DNA of 44,264 nt from an uncultured bacterium (GTDB lineage: Bacteria; Verrucomicrobiota; Verrucomicrobiia; Limisphaerales; JACDHS01). The stretch's first letter is position 1, and the number at the start of each line of letters is the position of its first letter. The notes under the pieces are model-generated. The model did no database searches, had not been told where the DNA came from, and worked only from the letters and a program-made list of their open reading frames with translations. The stretch lies in contig CBHTTJ010000019.1 of NCBI GenBank assembly GCA_966095605.1, positions 1 to 44,264 of the forward strand, read 5' to 3'. The translations under genes and the position numbers were made by a program. Of the stretch, positions 1 to 9,669 are shown piece after piece.

Positions 1-902
1 AAATCACAACAATCGCCGGCTTGATTAATCAAGGCGGCTTGCTGGTCGGCGCCGCGACTACTCTCGGCGCAACTCTCGGCCTGCATCACAACGACAAAGA
101 TAAGCTCAATGCAGATCTGACGAACCTCATTATGTCCGTGGGCGGCCATGAACAGGCGAAAGCAGAAATGACGACTCGCCGCACCGCGTTGAAGGTTGCT
201 GCCATGAATGGCCGCACTCATCTGCGCAAAGGTCGCGATGTCCTGAAGCCGTTCCTGGGCTACACCCATTCGAACCTCTGGACGGAACTCGGTTACAACG
301 ATTCGCTCGAGATCACGGATCAACCCGAGGATCAACAGGCGAAATTGCAGGCGCTGCGCACGTATTACACGGCGCATCCGACCTTCGAGGTGCCGTTGTT
401 GAACCTGACGGCGACGTATACCACGACAGTGATCGATGCGCTCACAGCGGCTCAAACCGCGTTGGCCGCACAAGAGAGCGCGGTCGAAGCGGCAATCCGT
501 GCTCGTGATGAAAAAGCGGACAGCATGCGCGAACGCATCAGCGCGTTGGTCGACGAACTGAGCCAATTAATGGATCCATTGGATCCACGCTGGCTTGAGT
601 TCGGCCTGAACATGCCGGGTGCGGACGAAACGCCGGACCAGGTGACCAATGTGACGGTGACATTGATCGGACCGACGGCGGCAGCAGTGAAGTGGGAACC
701 GTCAGCTCGCGCGCAGTATTATCGTGTTTACACGAAAGTGCACGGCGCGGAAGGCGACTACGTTCTCGCCGGTTCGCCGGGCGACCTCGATTTCACCATC
801 GAGAATCTGCCAACGAACGCCACGATCGAGGTGATCGTTCGTGCGGTGAATACCGGTGGCGAATCAACGGTGTCGGAAGTGATCACCGTCACCACGCACT
901 AA
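1..902 (+). CDS. Hypothetical protein with a C-terminal fibronectin type III (FN3)-like domain. The gene is 5'-partial: the reading frame is open to the window start and the first in-window start codon is TTG.
   Basis: Long ORF with a C-terminal beta-sandwich FN3-like segment (KWEPSARAQYYRVYTKV...IEVIVRAVNTGGES) and a coiled-coil-like middle. A rho-independent terminator follows. A truncated paralog lies at 25332-25538. Confidence 0.6.
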   Translation, partial: ITTIAGLINQGGLLVGAATTLGATLGLHHNDKDKLNADLTNLIMSVGGHEQAKAEMTTRRTALKVAAMNGRTHLRKGRDVLKPFLGYTHSNLWTELGYNDSLEITDQPEDQQAKLQALRTYYTAHPTFEVPLLNLTATYTTTVIDALTAAQTALAAQESAVEAAIRARDEKADSMRERISALVDELSQLMDPLDPRWLEFGLNMPGADETPDQVTNVTVTLIGPTAAAVKWEPSARAQYYRVYTKVHGAEGDYVLAGSPGDLDFTIENLPTNATIEVIVRAVNTGGESTVSEVITVTTH

Positions 903-955
903 ACCTACAACAAATGCGGCGATCAGAGATGCGCCGCTACAGGAGATAAAACACA

Positions 956-986
956 GCCGTCCCGGGAAACCGGGGCGGCTTTTTTA
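956..986. terminator. Bidirectional rho-independent terminator between convergent genes.
   Basis: Hairpin gccgtcccgg-gaaa-ccggggcggc followed by a T6 run. It overlaps the cysA stop codon on the opposite strand. Confidence 0.6.
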
Positions 987-2087
987 AATCCCTTCGCCGA
1001 TGACTGGAGGCATTTCGTAGGAAGTGGAGACTTCCTGTTCGAGCGGTTCGTTTTCCTTCGCGAGGATTCGATAATTACGAATCTGGAAAGAAACCTTCCG
1101 TCCGTCGTAGAGACTCTGACGCGCATATTCCTCTTTGCTCATGCGCGAGCGCAGAATCAAGCCGCTGGGAAGTTCCAGTTCCACACGCAACATGATGCCG
1201 AGGAAATAAGTGTGCCGCAGCGTCGCCTGAAAACGGAACGCGGTGAGATCGGAGGAAATCTGGACGGCGTAGGGACGGAAACCGATCCGCAATTTCTTTC
1301 CTTCTTCCACGCCATGCGCCGGAAATGCCAATTCATTCTTGCGCGCCAATCCATCCCGCACTTCGAGTTCCAAAATATTCATCACTCCGATGAAACGAGC
1401 GACGAACTCGTTGACCGGTTGATCGTAAACTTCACGAGGGGTTCCAATCTGTTCCAAATGACCGCGCGAGAAAATCACGATGCGACTTGAGACCTCCATC
1501 GCTTCTTCCTGATCGTGCGTGACGAACAGCGTCGTCAGTTTCAAATCCTGATTCAAATGCACCAGCCATTGGCGAAGCTCCTGACGAATCTTGGCGTCGA
1601 CTGCTGAAAACGGTTCGTCGAGCAACAGAACGTCGGGTTTCGACGCGAGGGCGCGGGCGATTGCGACGCGTTGACGCTGACCACCCGAAAGCTGATGGGG
1701 GTAACGGTTCTCCAGTCCTTTGAGTTCAAGCAACGTCAGCAATTCGGCCACGCGCGCTTCGATCTGGTCGCGTTTCCATTTCTTGATTTTCAAACCGAAC
1801 GCGATGTTCTTGAAAACCGTCATGCTCTTGAACAGCGCGTAGCTTTGGAAAACGAATCCGATATTGCGCTTCTGGACGGGGACTTTGCCGACGGCCTGGC
1901 CGCGAATGAAAATTTCACCGGTGGTCGGCATTTCAAGTCCCGCGATCATTCGCAGAACCGTGGTCTTGCCGCCGCCGCTCGGACCAAGCAGCGCGACGAG
2001 TTCGCCTTCGTTGACGGAGAAACTGACGTTGTTAACGACGGTGTTCTCGCCGAATTGTTTGCTGATATTACGCAGTTCGATACTCAT
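984..2087 (-). CDS. cysA: Sulfate/thiosulfate ABC transporter ATP-binding protein.
   Basis: Walker A GPSGGGKTT, ABC signature LSGGQRQRVAIARAL, Walker B LLLDEPFSAVD, and a C-terminal TOBE-like domain. It is the last gene of a sbp-cysT-cysW-cysA cluster. Confidence 0.85.
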   Translation of the reverse strand: MSIELRNISKQFGENTVVNNVSFSVNEGELVALLGPSGGGKTTVLRMIAGLEMPTTGEIFIRGQAVGKVPVQKRNIGFVFQSYALFKSMTVFKNIAFGLKIKKWKRDQIEARVAELLTLLELKGLENRYPHQLSGGQRQRVAIARALASKPDVLLLDEPFSAVDAKIRQELRQWLVHLNQDLKLTTLFVTHDQEEAMEVSSRIVIFSRGHLEQIGTPREVYDQPVNEFVARFIGVMNILELEVRDGLARKNELAFPAHGVEEGKKLRIGFRPYAVQISSDLTAFRFQATLRHTYFLGIMLRVELELPSGLILRSRMSKEEYARQSLYDGRKVSFQIRNYRILAKENEPLEQEVSTSYEMPPVIGEGI

Positions 2088-2093
2088 CGCTGT

Positions 2094-3008
2094 TTAATTG
2101 GAAAAGGGATCGGCGGAAATTTGGTTTTGCGTGGCCTGCTGCCCCTGGTGTTCTTCGCGTTCCGCTCTCCATTCCAGGAACGTTTTCACCAGGAGCGTCA
2201 CCAACGCGAGCGTTGCCAGAAGGGTCGCCACCGCAAAAGGCGCGGCGGGATCAAATTCGTGATAAAGCTTTTCGATACGGAGCGGCAACGTATCGGTTTC
2301 TCCCGTGATGTGCCCGGACACCACGGAAACCGCGCCGAATTCTCCCATCGCACGGGCGTTGCAAAGAATCACGCCGTAAATAAGTCCCCATTTCACCGAC
2401 GGCAACGTGACGTGGATAAATGTTTGCCATCCACTCGCACCCAGCGTTAACGCCGCCTGTTCCTGTTCGGAACCAATGGCCTGCATAATCGGAATCAATT
2501 CACGCGCCACAAATGGGAACGTGACGAAAATCGTGGCCAGCACAATTCCCGGAACAGCGAACACAATTTTGATGTCATGCGCCTGCAACCACGGACCGAG
2601 CAAACCGTTCATTCCGAAAAGCAACACGAGCATTAATCCCGAAACGACCGGCGACACCGAGAACGGAAGATCAATAAAGGTGAGCAGCAACGCTTTTCCT
2701 CGAAATTCAAATTTTGCGATCAGCCAGGACGCCGCAATGCCGAACAAAACATTTAACGGAACGCTGATCAGCGCCACCGCAAGGGTCAGTCGGATCGCAG
2801 AGACAGTGTCCGGGTCGCTGAGGGAATGCCAATACGCCGGAAGACCTTTGGAAAAAGCCTGCACGAAGACGTTGATCAACGGCAAAAAGAGAAAGACCAC
2901 CGCGAACAGCATGGCGATGGAAATAAGAAGCCATTTAACCCAGGCGGGTTCCTGGGTGCTTCGCTCTGATTTTCCGAAACGTTCGCGGACTTTTCTGGGC
3001 AGGTTCAT
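2094..3008 (-). CDS. cysW: Sulfate ABC transporter permease.
   Basis: Polytopic membrane protein of 304 aa, second permease of the cluster. Its 4-bp overlap with the upstream gene suggests translational coupling. Confidence 0.8.
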   Translation of the reverse strand: MNLPRKVRERFGKSERSTQEPAWVKWLLISIAMLFAVVFLFLPLINVFVQAFSKGLPAYWHSLSDPDTVSAIRLTLAVALISVPLNVLFGIAASWLIAKFEFRGKALLLTFIDLPFSVSPVVSGLMLVLLFGMNGLLGPWLQAHDIKIVFAVPGIVLATIFVTFPFVARELIPIMQAIGSEQEQAALTLGASGWQTFIHVTLPSVKWGLIYGVILCNARAMGEFGAVSVVSGHITGETDTLPLRIEKLYHEFDPAAPFAVATLLATLALVTLLVKTFLEWRAEREEHQGQQATQNQISADPFSN

Positions 3009-3835
3009 GGTTGAGCAAACCGGGAGGCCCAGTTTTCAAGGATGTTGATGACGGCCAACAAAACGAAAGAGAAAATCATGAGGACCACCGCCAGCGCCAT
3101 CGCCCCGGCGTAATCATAATTCTCCAGGCGCATCACGATGAGCGACGGCGCGATTTCGGTTTTAAAGGGCAAATTACCCGAAATAAAAACGATGGAACCG
3201 TATTCACCCAGCGCTCGCGCAAACGCCAGCGCGAAGCCGGTGATCGTCGCCGGCAGCAAGGTGGGAATGATGACCTGAACAAACGTTCTCAAACGACTGG
3301 CACCAAGACTGGCGGCCGCTTCTTCGACCCCTTTGTCAAAGTTTTCCAGCACAGGCTGCAACGTCCGCACTGCGAAAGGCATTCCCACAAAGGTCAAAGC
3401 AATGACGACACCCAGCGGGGTGAAGGCACCGTGAACGCCATGCGGCACGAGAAATTTTCCAAGCCAACCGCTTTCCGAAAAAAGATTCGCGAGTGTCAAA
3501 CCAGCGACAGCCGTCGGAAGGGCAAACGGGAAATCGATCAGGCCATCAATGAAACGGCGACCGGGAAATTTATAGCGCACGAGCACCCACGCGAGCAGGC
3601 TGCCGAAAATGGCATTGGCCAGGGCCGCAATGAACGAAGCGCCCAGGCTCAACTTGTAAGCTGCCATGGCGCGACGATTCGTCGCCAGATCCCAAAAGTC
3701 ATGCCACGAGAGCCCGAATACTTTGATGCAAAGGGCAGCAATGGGGATCAAGACAATGACGCTGAGGTAAAACAGAGTAAACCCCAGCGTCAGTCCAAAT
3801 CCCGGCAACGGATTGTGTTTTTTATCTTTGGCCAA
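3005..3835 (-). CDS. cysT: Sulfate ABC transporter permease.
   Basis: 276-aa membrane protein with a permease EAA-loop-like segment (ASLGASRLRTFVQVIIP), immediately downstream of the binding-protein gene. Confidence 0.8.
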   Translation of the reverse strand: MAKDKKHNPLPGFGLTLGFTLFYLSVIVLIPIAALCIKVFGLSWHDFWDLATNRRAMAAYKLSLGASFIAALANAIFGSLLAWVLVRYKFPGRRFIDGLIDFPFALPTAVAGLTLANLFSESGWLGKFLVPHGVHGAFTPLGVVIALTFVGMPFAVRTLQPVLENFDKGVEEAAASLGASRLRTFVQVIIPTLLPATITGFALAFARALGEYGSIVFISGNLPFKTEIAPSLIVMRLENYDYAGAMALAVVLMIFSFVLLAVINILENWASRFAQP

Positions 3836-3837
3836 AA

Positions 3838-4839
3838 TTATCGGTTGTCTTTAAAGATTTCGTCGAAAATCCCGCCTTCAGCGAAATGTTGCTGATGCGC
3901 TTTTTGCCATCCGCCAAACAATTCGTCGATAGTGAACGTCGGAATTGTTTTAAACGTCTGCTCGAATTTCTTCGCGACGTCGGCGTTGCGTGGACGGTAG
4001 AAATGTTTCGCGGCAATTTCCTGTCCGGCAGGACTGAAGAGGAAATTTAGATACGCCTCGGCCACTTTGCGCGTGCCTTTCTTGTCGACGACCTTGTCAA
4101 CGATCGCCACCGGCGGTTCGGCGACGATGCTGATGGAAGGATAGACAATTTCGTACTGGCCTTTGCCGAGTTCGTTTAGAGTAATCAGCGCTTCGTTTTC
4201 CCAACCGACGAGGACGTCACCGATTTCACGTTGAAGGAACGTGGTGGTTGCCCCGCGTGCCCCGGCGTCCAACACCGGAGCGTGTTGATAGAACTGCGCA
4301 ATGTAAGCTTTGGCTTTGGCAGCGTCGCCATTATTACGTTTCAACGCAGCCCCATACGCAGCGAGATAAGTCCAACGGGCGCCGCCGGACGTTTTCGGAT
4401 TCGCCGGCACAATGGTGACGTTGGGTTTTACCAAATCATCCCAATCCTTGATTTTTTTCGGGTTTCCTTTGCGAACCACGAAAACAATCGTGGACGTATA
4501 GGGCGTGCTGTTTTCCGGCAAGCGTTTCTGCCAATCGCTGTGAATCACGCCTTTGGCGGCAATGGCGTCAATGTCATAGGCAAGAGCCAGGGTAACAATA
4601 TCCGCTTCCAATCCATCGATCACGGAACGCGCCTGCTTGCCCGATCCGCCATGGGATTGTTTGATAACCAATTCGTCACCGCCTTTATCTTTCCACTCTT
4701 TGCTGAAGACGGTGTTGACCTCCTGATACAACTCACGCGTTGGATCGTAAGAGACGTTCAAGAGCCGGACTGATTTCTCGGCATATCCGGACAGAACGAC
4801 GGCAACCGACGTTAAAACGATCGCTAAAATCTTTTTCAT
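3838..4839 (-). CDS. sbp: Periplasmic sulfate/thiosulfate-binding protein.
   Basis: Signal peptide [20 protein letters not shown]. Family-typical N-terminus [13 protein letters not shown]...[28 protein letters not shown]. Confidence 0.8.
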   Translation of the reverse strand: MKKILAIVLTSVAVVLSGYAEKSVRLLNVSYDPTRELYQEVNTVFSKEWKDKGGDELVIKQSHGGSGKQARSVIDGLEADIVTLALAYDIDAIAAKGVIHSDWQKRLPENSTPYTSTIVFVVRKGNPKKIKDWDDLVKPNVTIVPANPKTSGGARWTYLAAYGAALKRNNGDAAKAKAYIAQFYQHAPVLDAGARGATTTFLQREIGDVLVGWENEALITLNELGKGQYEIVYPSISIVAEPPVAIVDKVVDKKGTRKVAEAYLNFLFSPAGQEIAAKHFYRPRNADVAKKFEQTFKTIPTFTIDELFGGWQKAHQQHFAEGGIFDEIFKDNR

Positions 4840-4851
4840 CCTGGTTCCTCC

Positions 4852-6252
4852 TTAAAAAGCGAATTGAGCGCGACCCAAAAAGACATTTTCATCCTGGGCA
4901 GTCACCGCATTGGCTTTAGCTGTTCCCGCTTCGAAGAAACTGTGTTCGAAATCGAAGTTAAATTTTACATTCCGATTCAGATACCAGTTCAGGCCCAACC
5001 CCCAGGAACTGATCTGGCGGGCGGAGCCAGCTGCAACATAAAGCGGAAAGGCATCATTATCGATGGTGAGTTCCCCGTATCGTGCCGCTATTTCCCACGC
5101 TCCCCAACCCCCCTCCTGAAAATTAACCGGGTGTGCGGGAACCGGCGTGTTGAAAGCGTTGTCTTCACCGGTCAAAACATACGAAGCGGCAACATTCCAT
5201 CCGCCGTTATTGAGTTTGGCCTGATTGAAGACAGGACCGGCGGAACGTTTCACCTGTTGCGAAGACAAGACGTATTCACCAAAGAAACCAAACTGGCGCC
5301 AATACCAATAGCCTTGCGGAGCGAGGCGGAAATGTTCCCCTGCCGCCGCCACATTGGGCGAAGCCGGTCCGCCGGTTCCCGAAAGATACGAGAAGAACCG
5401 CTGTCTTCCCGGCGTGACGTAGTTACCCAACGCACCGTCGTGACGGCCATAACTTGCGCCAACCCCGAGCGCCAATCCCTGCAAGGTGGCGATATCGGTC
5501 CCCTTGAAAGGCTTCGCAAAAATTCGGCCGGCAAAATCCTTTTCGTTGTCAGTCGTTTCAACATCACCACTGCCGCCATCGGGAACACCGTTGAAAACCC
5601 CCGCGGCGTAATTCAAACGACCGTCAAAGAATTCACCGTGAAGCTGAATCCCCACATCACGATTCGGCGCGAGCTGCGTAGGAAAACCGCGTTCCACAAA
5701 CAGGAGGTTCGCGTCGGATTGTAATGTTTCGAGGCTGACCGGTTCCTTGAATTTTCCCAACTGCACCTGGAATTGCGGCCAGTAATGGATATTCAACGCC
5801 GCATCCTGCAGGAAGGCGTTGTTGGCAGGAGTGCTGGTGATGCCAGAACCAAAATCGGTCAGAATACGGTAGTCGTAATTCTTGAAAACGGTTCCTTCGA
5901 AACCAAGGCGGAGCCGACGCATCACGAATGTGTCCCGACCGGCGGGAGCAGTGCCGCCATAGTAACGTCCGTCGAACTGTCCGTATCCGCGAACTCGCAG
6001 ACTGAAATTCGTGTCCGCGGAACGAATCCAGAAACCATCCGCACCCGCCGAAATCGTCGGCAAGGTTTTCTTTTTTTCGTCGGCCGCTTCTTTTTCCAAC
6101 TCCCGGTTTCGTTCGAGGACCTTAATTTTCTGCGTGAGCGCTTCGACCTGTTCTTTGAGTTCCTTGATCGCGTCAGAGGTTTCATCGGCCAACAAGGGGA
6201 CAGACGAAGACGCAACAATCGCACCGACCAATATCCAATGTTTTAATTTCAT
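4852..6252 (-). CDS. Outer-membrane anion-selective porin (phosphate-selective porin O/P family-like) with an N-terminal coiled-coil. It is the first gene of the sulfate-uptake operon.
   Basis: Signal peptide, then a heptad coiled-coil (LKEQVEALTQKIKVLERNRELEKEA), then a Gly/aromatic-rich beta-strand-like body ending in a terminal F, as expected for an OM barrel. Confidence 0.55.
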   Translation of the reverse strand: MKLKHWILVGAIVASSSVPLLADETSDAIKELKEQVEALTQKIKVLERNRELEKEAADEKKKTLPTISAGADGFWIRSADTNFSLRVRGYGQFDGRYYGGTAPAGRDTFVMRRLRLGFEGTVFKNYDYRILTDFGSGITSTPANNAFLQDAALNIHYWPQFQVQLGKFKEPVSLETLQSDANLLFVERGFPTQLAPNRDVGIQLHGEFFDGRLNYAAGVFNGVPDGGSGDVETTDNEKDFAGRIFAKPFKGTDIATLQGLALGVGASYGRHDGALGNYVTPGRQRFFSYLSGTGGPASPNVAAAGEHFRLAPQGYWYWRQFGFFGEYVLSSQQVKRSAGPVFNQAKLNNGGWNVAASYVLTGEDNAFNTPVPAHPVNFQEGGWGAWEIAARYGELTIDNDAFPLYVAAGSARQISSWGLGLNWYLNRNVKFNFDFEHSFFEAGTAKANAVTAQDENVFLGRAQFAF

Positions 6253-6427
6253 TAATCTGAATATTTCAGTCCCACCGAGGATTTCGGTCGGCGACTTTCG
6301 TTAAACGTTAACCACCGGGTATCCGGCAGGCACTGAGTAGGAAGCCCGATTCTGGGGTCTCTGGCTTCACTCTTTGAGCACATCGAAGTCTGACGAACCA
6401 GAGGACGATTTACTCATTTTTGGTGAC

Positions 6428-6455
6428 ATTGACGTAAATACTCTACTGCGTCAAT
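6428..6455. promoter_or_regulatory. Inverted repeat ATTGACG-N14-CGTCAAT in the divergent promoter region between the sulfate operon and the Rrf2 gene. It is a candidate operator.
   Basis: Perfect 7-bp arms read directly from the sequence. It lies ~90 bp upstream of the Rrf2 start. Confidence 0.3.
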
Positions 6456-6545
6456 GGAGATTTGATTTATTTAACCGAATCAGGGTTTTTACGGACATGG
6501 CGGAATTAAACTTGAGTTGTGCGCTGTAGATTCTAATCTCCCGCT

Positions 6546-7007
6546 ATGAAATTGTCGGTTCGAGGCGAATATGCATTGCGTGCGCTGCTGGTTCTCGGGA
6601 TGCACTACAGTGAAAGCGTCGTGCGTATCCAAACAATTTCCGATGGGCAGAATATTCCGAAGCGATTCCTGGAACAGATTCTCAATGACCTGAAATCGAT
6701 CGGTGTGGTGGAAAGTCGCCGGGGAATCTCGGGGGGTTATCGTCTGGCGCGGCATCCCCGGGAAATCACGCTGGCCTCCGTGGTTCGGCATATCGAGGGA
6801 GCGCTCGCGCCGGTGAGTTGTGTCAGTGAACGGTTTTACGAAAAATGTTCCTGCCCGGATGAAGCCCGTTGCGCGATCCGCAACGTTATGAAAGAAGTTC
6901 GCGAAGCCGTGGTGAAAATCGTGGAGCGGGTGACGGTAGAGGAACTTTGCGAACGGGCTCAGCGTCTGAAGGAGGAGCCCAACAGCGCCCTGGATTATAT
7001 CATTTGA
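6546..7007 (+). CDS. Rrf2-family transcriptional regulator (IscR/CymR/NsrR-like) with a Cys cluster.
   Basis: N-terminal wHTH typical of Rrf2 (RGEYALRALLVL...ISGGYRLAR). The Cys-rich segment CVSERFYEKCSCPDEARC suggests a metal or Fe-S site. Confidence 0.8.
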   Translation: MKLSVRGEYALRALLVLGMHYSESVVRIQTISDGQNIPKRFLEQILNDLKSIGVVESRRGISGGYRLARHPREITLASVVRHIEGALAPVSCVSERFYEKCSCPDEARCAIRNVMKEVREAVVKIVERVTVEELCERAQRLKEEPNSALDYII

Positions 7008-7044
7008 TCCGTCGCAAATGACTATCCCGTCTGCGCAGAAAAAA

Positions 7045-7069
7045 AGCGGACGGGGCGAACCCGTCCGCT
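7045..7069. terminator. Bidirectional rho-independent terminator.
   Basis: agcggacggg-gcgaa-cccgtccgct perfect 10-bp stem, preceded by an A-run and followed by T. It lies between the convergent Rrf2 and flotillin genes. Confidence 0.6.
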
Positions 7070-7085
7070 TGTGAGTTGGCATCGC

Positions 7086-8882
7086 CTAGTTTTTGGCTTC
7101 AGGGCCGGTTTGGTTCTTCAACATCAAACCAAGCAAACCATCCACCAGACCGGCATTGGCGTTTGCGCCGTTCACCGCCACATCCGGAACGATGCGCACG
7201 TTTCGATCCCCGACGATCTGCATGAGCTGCGTGAGCGTGTATCCATGCATTCCGAGCGCTTCTACGCCCGCGCGATACGCTTCGGCTTTCGCCTGGCCGG
7301 TGACGCGGATGCCTTCCGCTTCGCCGATCGCTTTCAGGCGAATCGCTTCGGCGTCGCCCGCAGCTTTCTTCACGCTCGCATTGGCTTGGAGTTCCGAAAT
7401 GCTCACGCCTTGTTCAGCGCCGACAACCTGTTGCTGAATGTCGGCCACGGCCGTTTCACGCACCAATTGTTTACGTTGTTTCTGTGCGGCTTCCTGGACG
7501 GCGTAAGTGCGTTGTTGTTCCTCGGCAATCTTACGATCCGTCTGCGTCTGCATCAGTTCTTTCGGCGGATTGATATCGCCGATTAACGTATCGATCGCCT
7601 GCACGTCGTAGCAGAACAGCGCCTTGCGGATATGTTCCGCAGCTTCCTTTTGGCGCTCACTACGGGCGCTCAGGAAATCGAGCACCGTGTAGTTCTGCGC
7701 CGAGTTGCGGAAATAGTTCCCGACAATCGGTTGCAGGACGTGATCCACCAGATTCTGCATCGAACCGACTCGTGAGATCACCTTCGGCGCATCGAGGGCG
7801 CCGACGTGAATGATCTGCGACACATTAAGGTTGAAGGCGAAACCGTCGCGTGAACGCACCGTAATCGACGACAACTTTGAGTCGTAATTATGCGATTCCG
7901 TGCGGCTCGCCCAGTTCAACACGATGTTCGTCGTCGGCACGCGTTCGACTTTCATGACGCGCGTGTTCAACGGATGTTTGCCGGGATACAGCGGCGTGGT
8001 CCAAACACCCTTGTGCCCCATGTTCACCAGGTCCCCGTGCTTGAAGTCCACACCGCTGACATCTTCGTGCGCTTTGCCAACGAAGGAGACCACGACACCA
8101 ACGTAGCCAATCGGTATTTCAATCATGGGCACTTGTTCCACCTGCACAAACCACGGATTCAGATTCCACGTGCCGGACAAAAGAATCTGTTCCTGCAAAC
8201 CGCGCGAACCGCCACCATCAATGAAGGCCTGCGCATTCTGGAAGTTGTCATGGCCGTCGATTGTATTACCGGCGATCTCTCCCGCGATAATCGGCGTGCC
8301 GTCCAGTGTCGTGACAATCCCGACCTGATCGGGTTCCACGCGCGTCAGGCGCAACGCGGCGGGATGCATGCCGTGATGCGGTGCTTCGGCGGAGGTGATT
8401 ACCGTGAACAATGCCGTGTTAATCCGGTAAGTGCCCGCCGTGAGAATGCCGAGCTGACGGCCTTTTTCGCCGCCGTTCGTGAGAAACTTCCGCGCATCCT
8501 GGAAATTGTCGCAATCGACAATCTGCGCGAGAATCCGTTGCGGCGGCATCGGCGAACCGTCCGCGGCGACGACGAGGGCAATTTCACCTTGTGGAACCAT
8601 CGTCACCGGCATTTTGAAAATACGGTATTGCCATGGCCAATAACCGATGTGCAAACCGGGCGCGAGGGTATCGGCCTGGTAACCGGCTTCACCTGCCAGC
8701 GCAATCAACCGTCCCGGCGGCAGATTGTGGGAGGCGAATTTCTTCACAACAATTCCCACCTGCAATTCCCGGATCCAAACGATGCCGAGAAGTTGTGGGA
8801 CGAAAAACAGCAGGACTAACAGCGTCACTGCTGCGATGACGAATGGAATGGATACCATGGCTAACATTGGGTCTATGTTCAT
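7086..8882 (-). CDS. Flotillin / SPFH-domain membrane protein (YqiK-like).
   Basis: N-terminal TM helix, internally repeated SPFH halves, and a C-terminal Ala/Glu/Gln-rich coiled-coil flotillin tail (EAEGIRVTGQAKAEAYRAGVEALG). A strong SD (aaggag) precedes the ATG. Confidence 0.75.
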   Translation of the reverse strand: MNIDPMLAMVSIPFVIAAVTLLVLLFFVPQLLGIVWIRELQVGIVVKKFASHNLPPGRLIALAGEAGYQADTLAPGLHIGYWPWQYRIFKMPVTMVPQGEIALVVAADGSPMPPQRILAQIVDCDNFQDARKFLTNGGEKGRQLGILTAGTYRINTALFTVITSAEAPHHGMHPAALRLTRVEPDQVGIVTTLDGTPIIAGEIAGNTIDGHDNFQNAQAFIDGGGSRGLQEQILLSGTWNLNPWFVQVEQVPMIEIPIGYVGVVVSFVGKAHEDVSGVDFKHGDLVNMGHKGVWTTPLYPGKHPLNTRVMKVERVPTTNIVLNWASRTESHNYDSKLSSITVRSRDGFAFNLNVSQIIHVGALDAPKVISRVGSMQNLVDHVLQPIVGNYFRNSAQNYTVLDFLSARSERQKEAAEHIRKALFCYDVQAIDTLIGDINPPKELMQTQTDRKIAEEQQRTYAVQEAAQKQRKQLVRETAVADIQQQVVGAEQGVSISELQANASVKKAAGDAEAIRLKAIGEAEGIRVTGQAKAEAYRAGVEALGMHGYTLTQLMQIVGDRNVRIVPDVAVNGANANAGLVDGLLGLMLKNQTGPEAKN

Positions 8883-9669
8883 AGGTTTTCTCCTTTCGGG
8901 TTGAGCGTCGCGACGGCGTTTGCCTTCGCAACAGGTTGTTCTTCTTCACTTCTCGCAGACGTGCCGCTGAGCGGTGACGCCTGCTTCGACAAATTCCTGA
9001 AATGGATCGGGGCAAGCTCCGCCCTGCCCCGTCGCTGCACTTCGCCGCGAAACATGGGAAGCCCAGGGGAAACTAAAGCGGTGATTGCGGCCGCTTGTCG
9101 ACGGAGCCTGAGCTTCCGTAAAAATTTAGGGATGTGACTGCGATCATGAAAAACCGTGGCAAAAAGCACCGCTCCTGAGGACCGGACTTTGCCAGGCAGA
9201 AAACTGCGCGTCATAACACACTCCGATGTCGTGCCCGCTGGTGTTTTATTTGTCGCCACGCCTTTTGAGCGCGCGTACACACCGAGCCGCAACGAGTTTT
9301 ATAACGGGGTGATCGTGGGGGCCGCGACTTGCGGCTCCAGAGGATCGCCCTTCCAGATGCCTACGAGGTTAGCTGACGGGCTGGGTCCTGAAAGTGACCC
9401 GGACAACAGTTACCTGCCATCCTTCGCCCCCTCCGCAGTTTTGCTGCGGATTTTGGTTCCCCCGCATCGTCTCGCAGGAAGGCGAGTCGATTTCGGCTGC
9501 AACAATTCCTATGTCTCACAAACCTCACGAGACGTCAACGCGAACCGGTCCATTTGAGGTGTAAAGCCTTGATGATCAGGGAAATCCTTTTACCTGTTTT
9601 TCTGCTACCGACGGTGAACCCTCACGGAATAACTTCCTGCAAGTCGTTGGAAATCAAACCCGTTCTAAA

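Noticed and set aside
1671-2450. 259-aa plus-strand ORF.
   Set aside because: It lies entirely antisense within cysA and cysW. It is Arg-rich GC-shadow translation with no homology features.
9150-9200. RNase P RNA P4-like motif (GGCAAAGUCCGG on the minus strand).
   Set aside because: Other conserved RNase P landmarks, such as the GGGCAGGUAAC-like segment, occur in the wrong order relative to it. There is also insufficient downstream sequence before the flotillin gene.
8879-9292. 137-aa minus-strand ORF whose TGA overlaps the flotillin ATG.
   Set aside because: Its Arg/Ala/Ser-rich composition shows no membrane or NfeD-like features. It was kept only as a note under findings.
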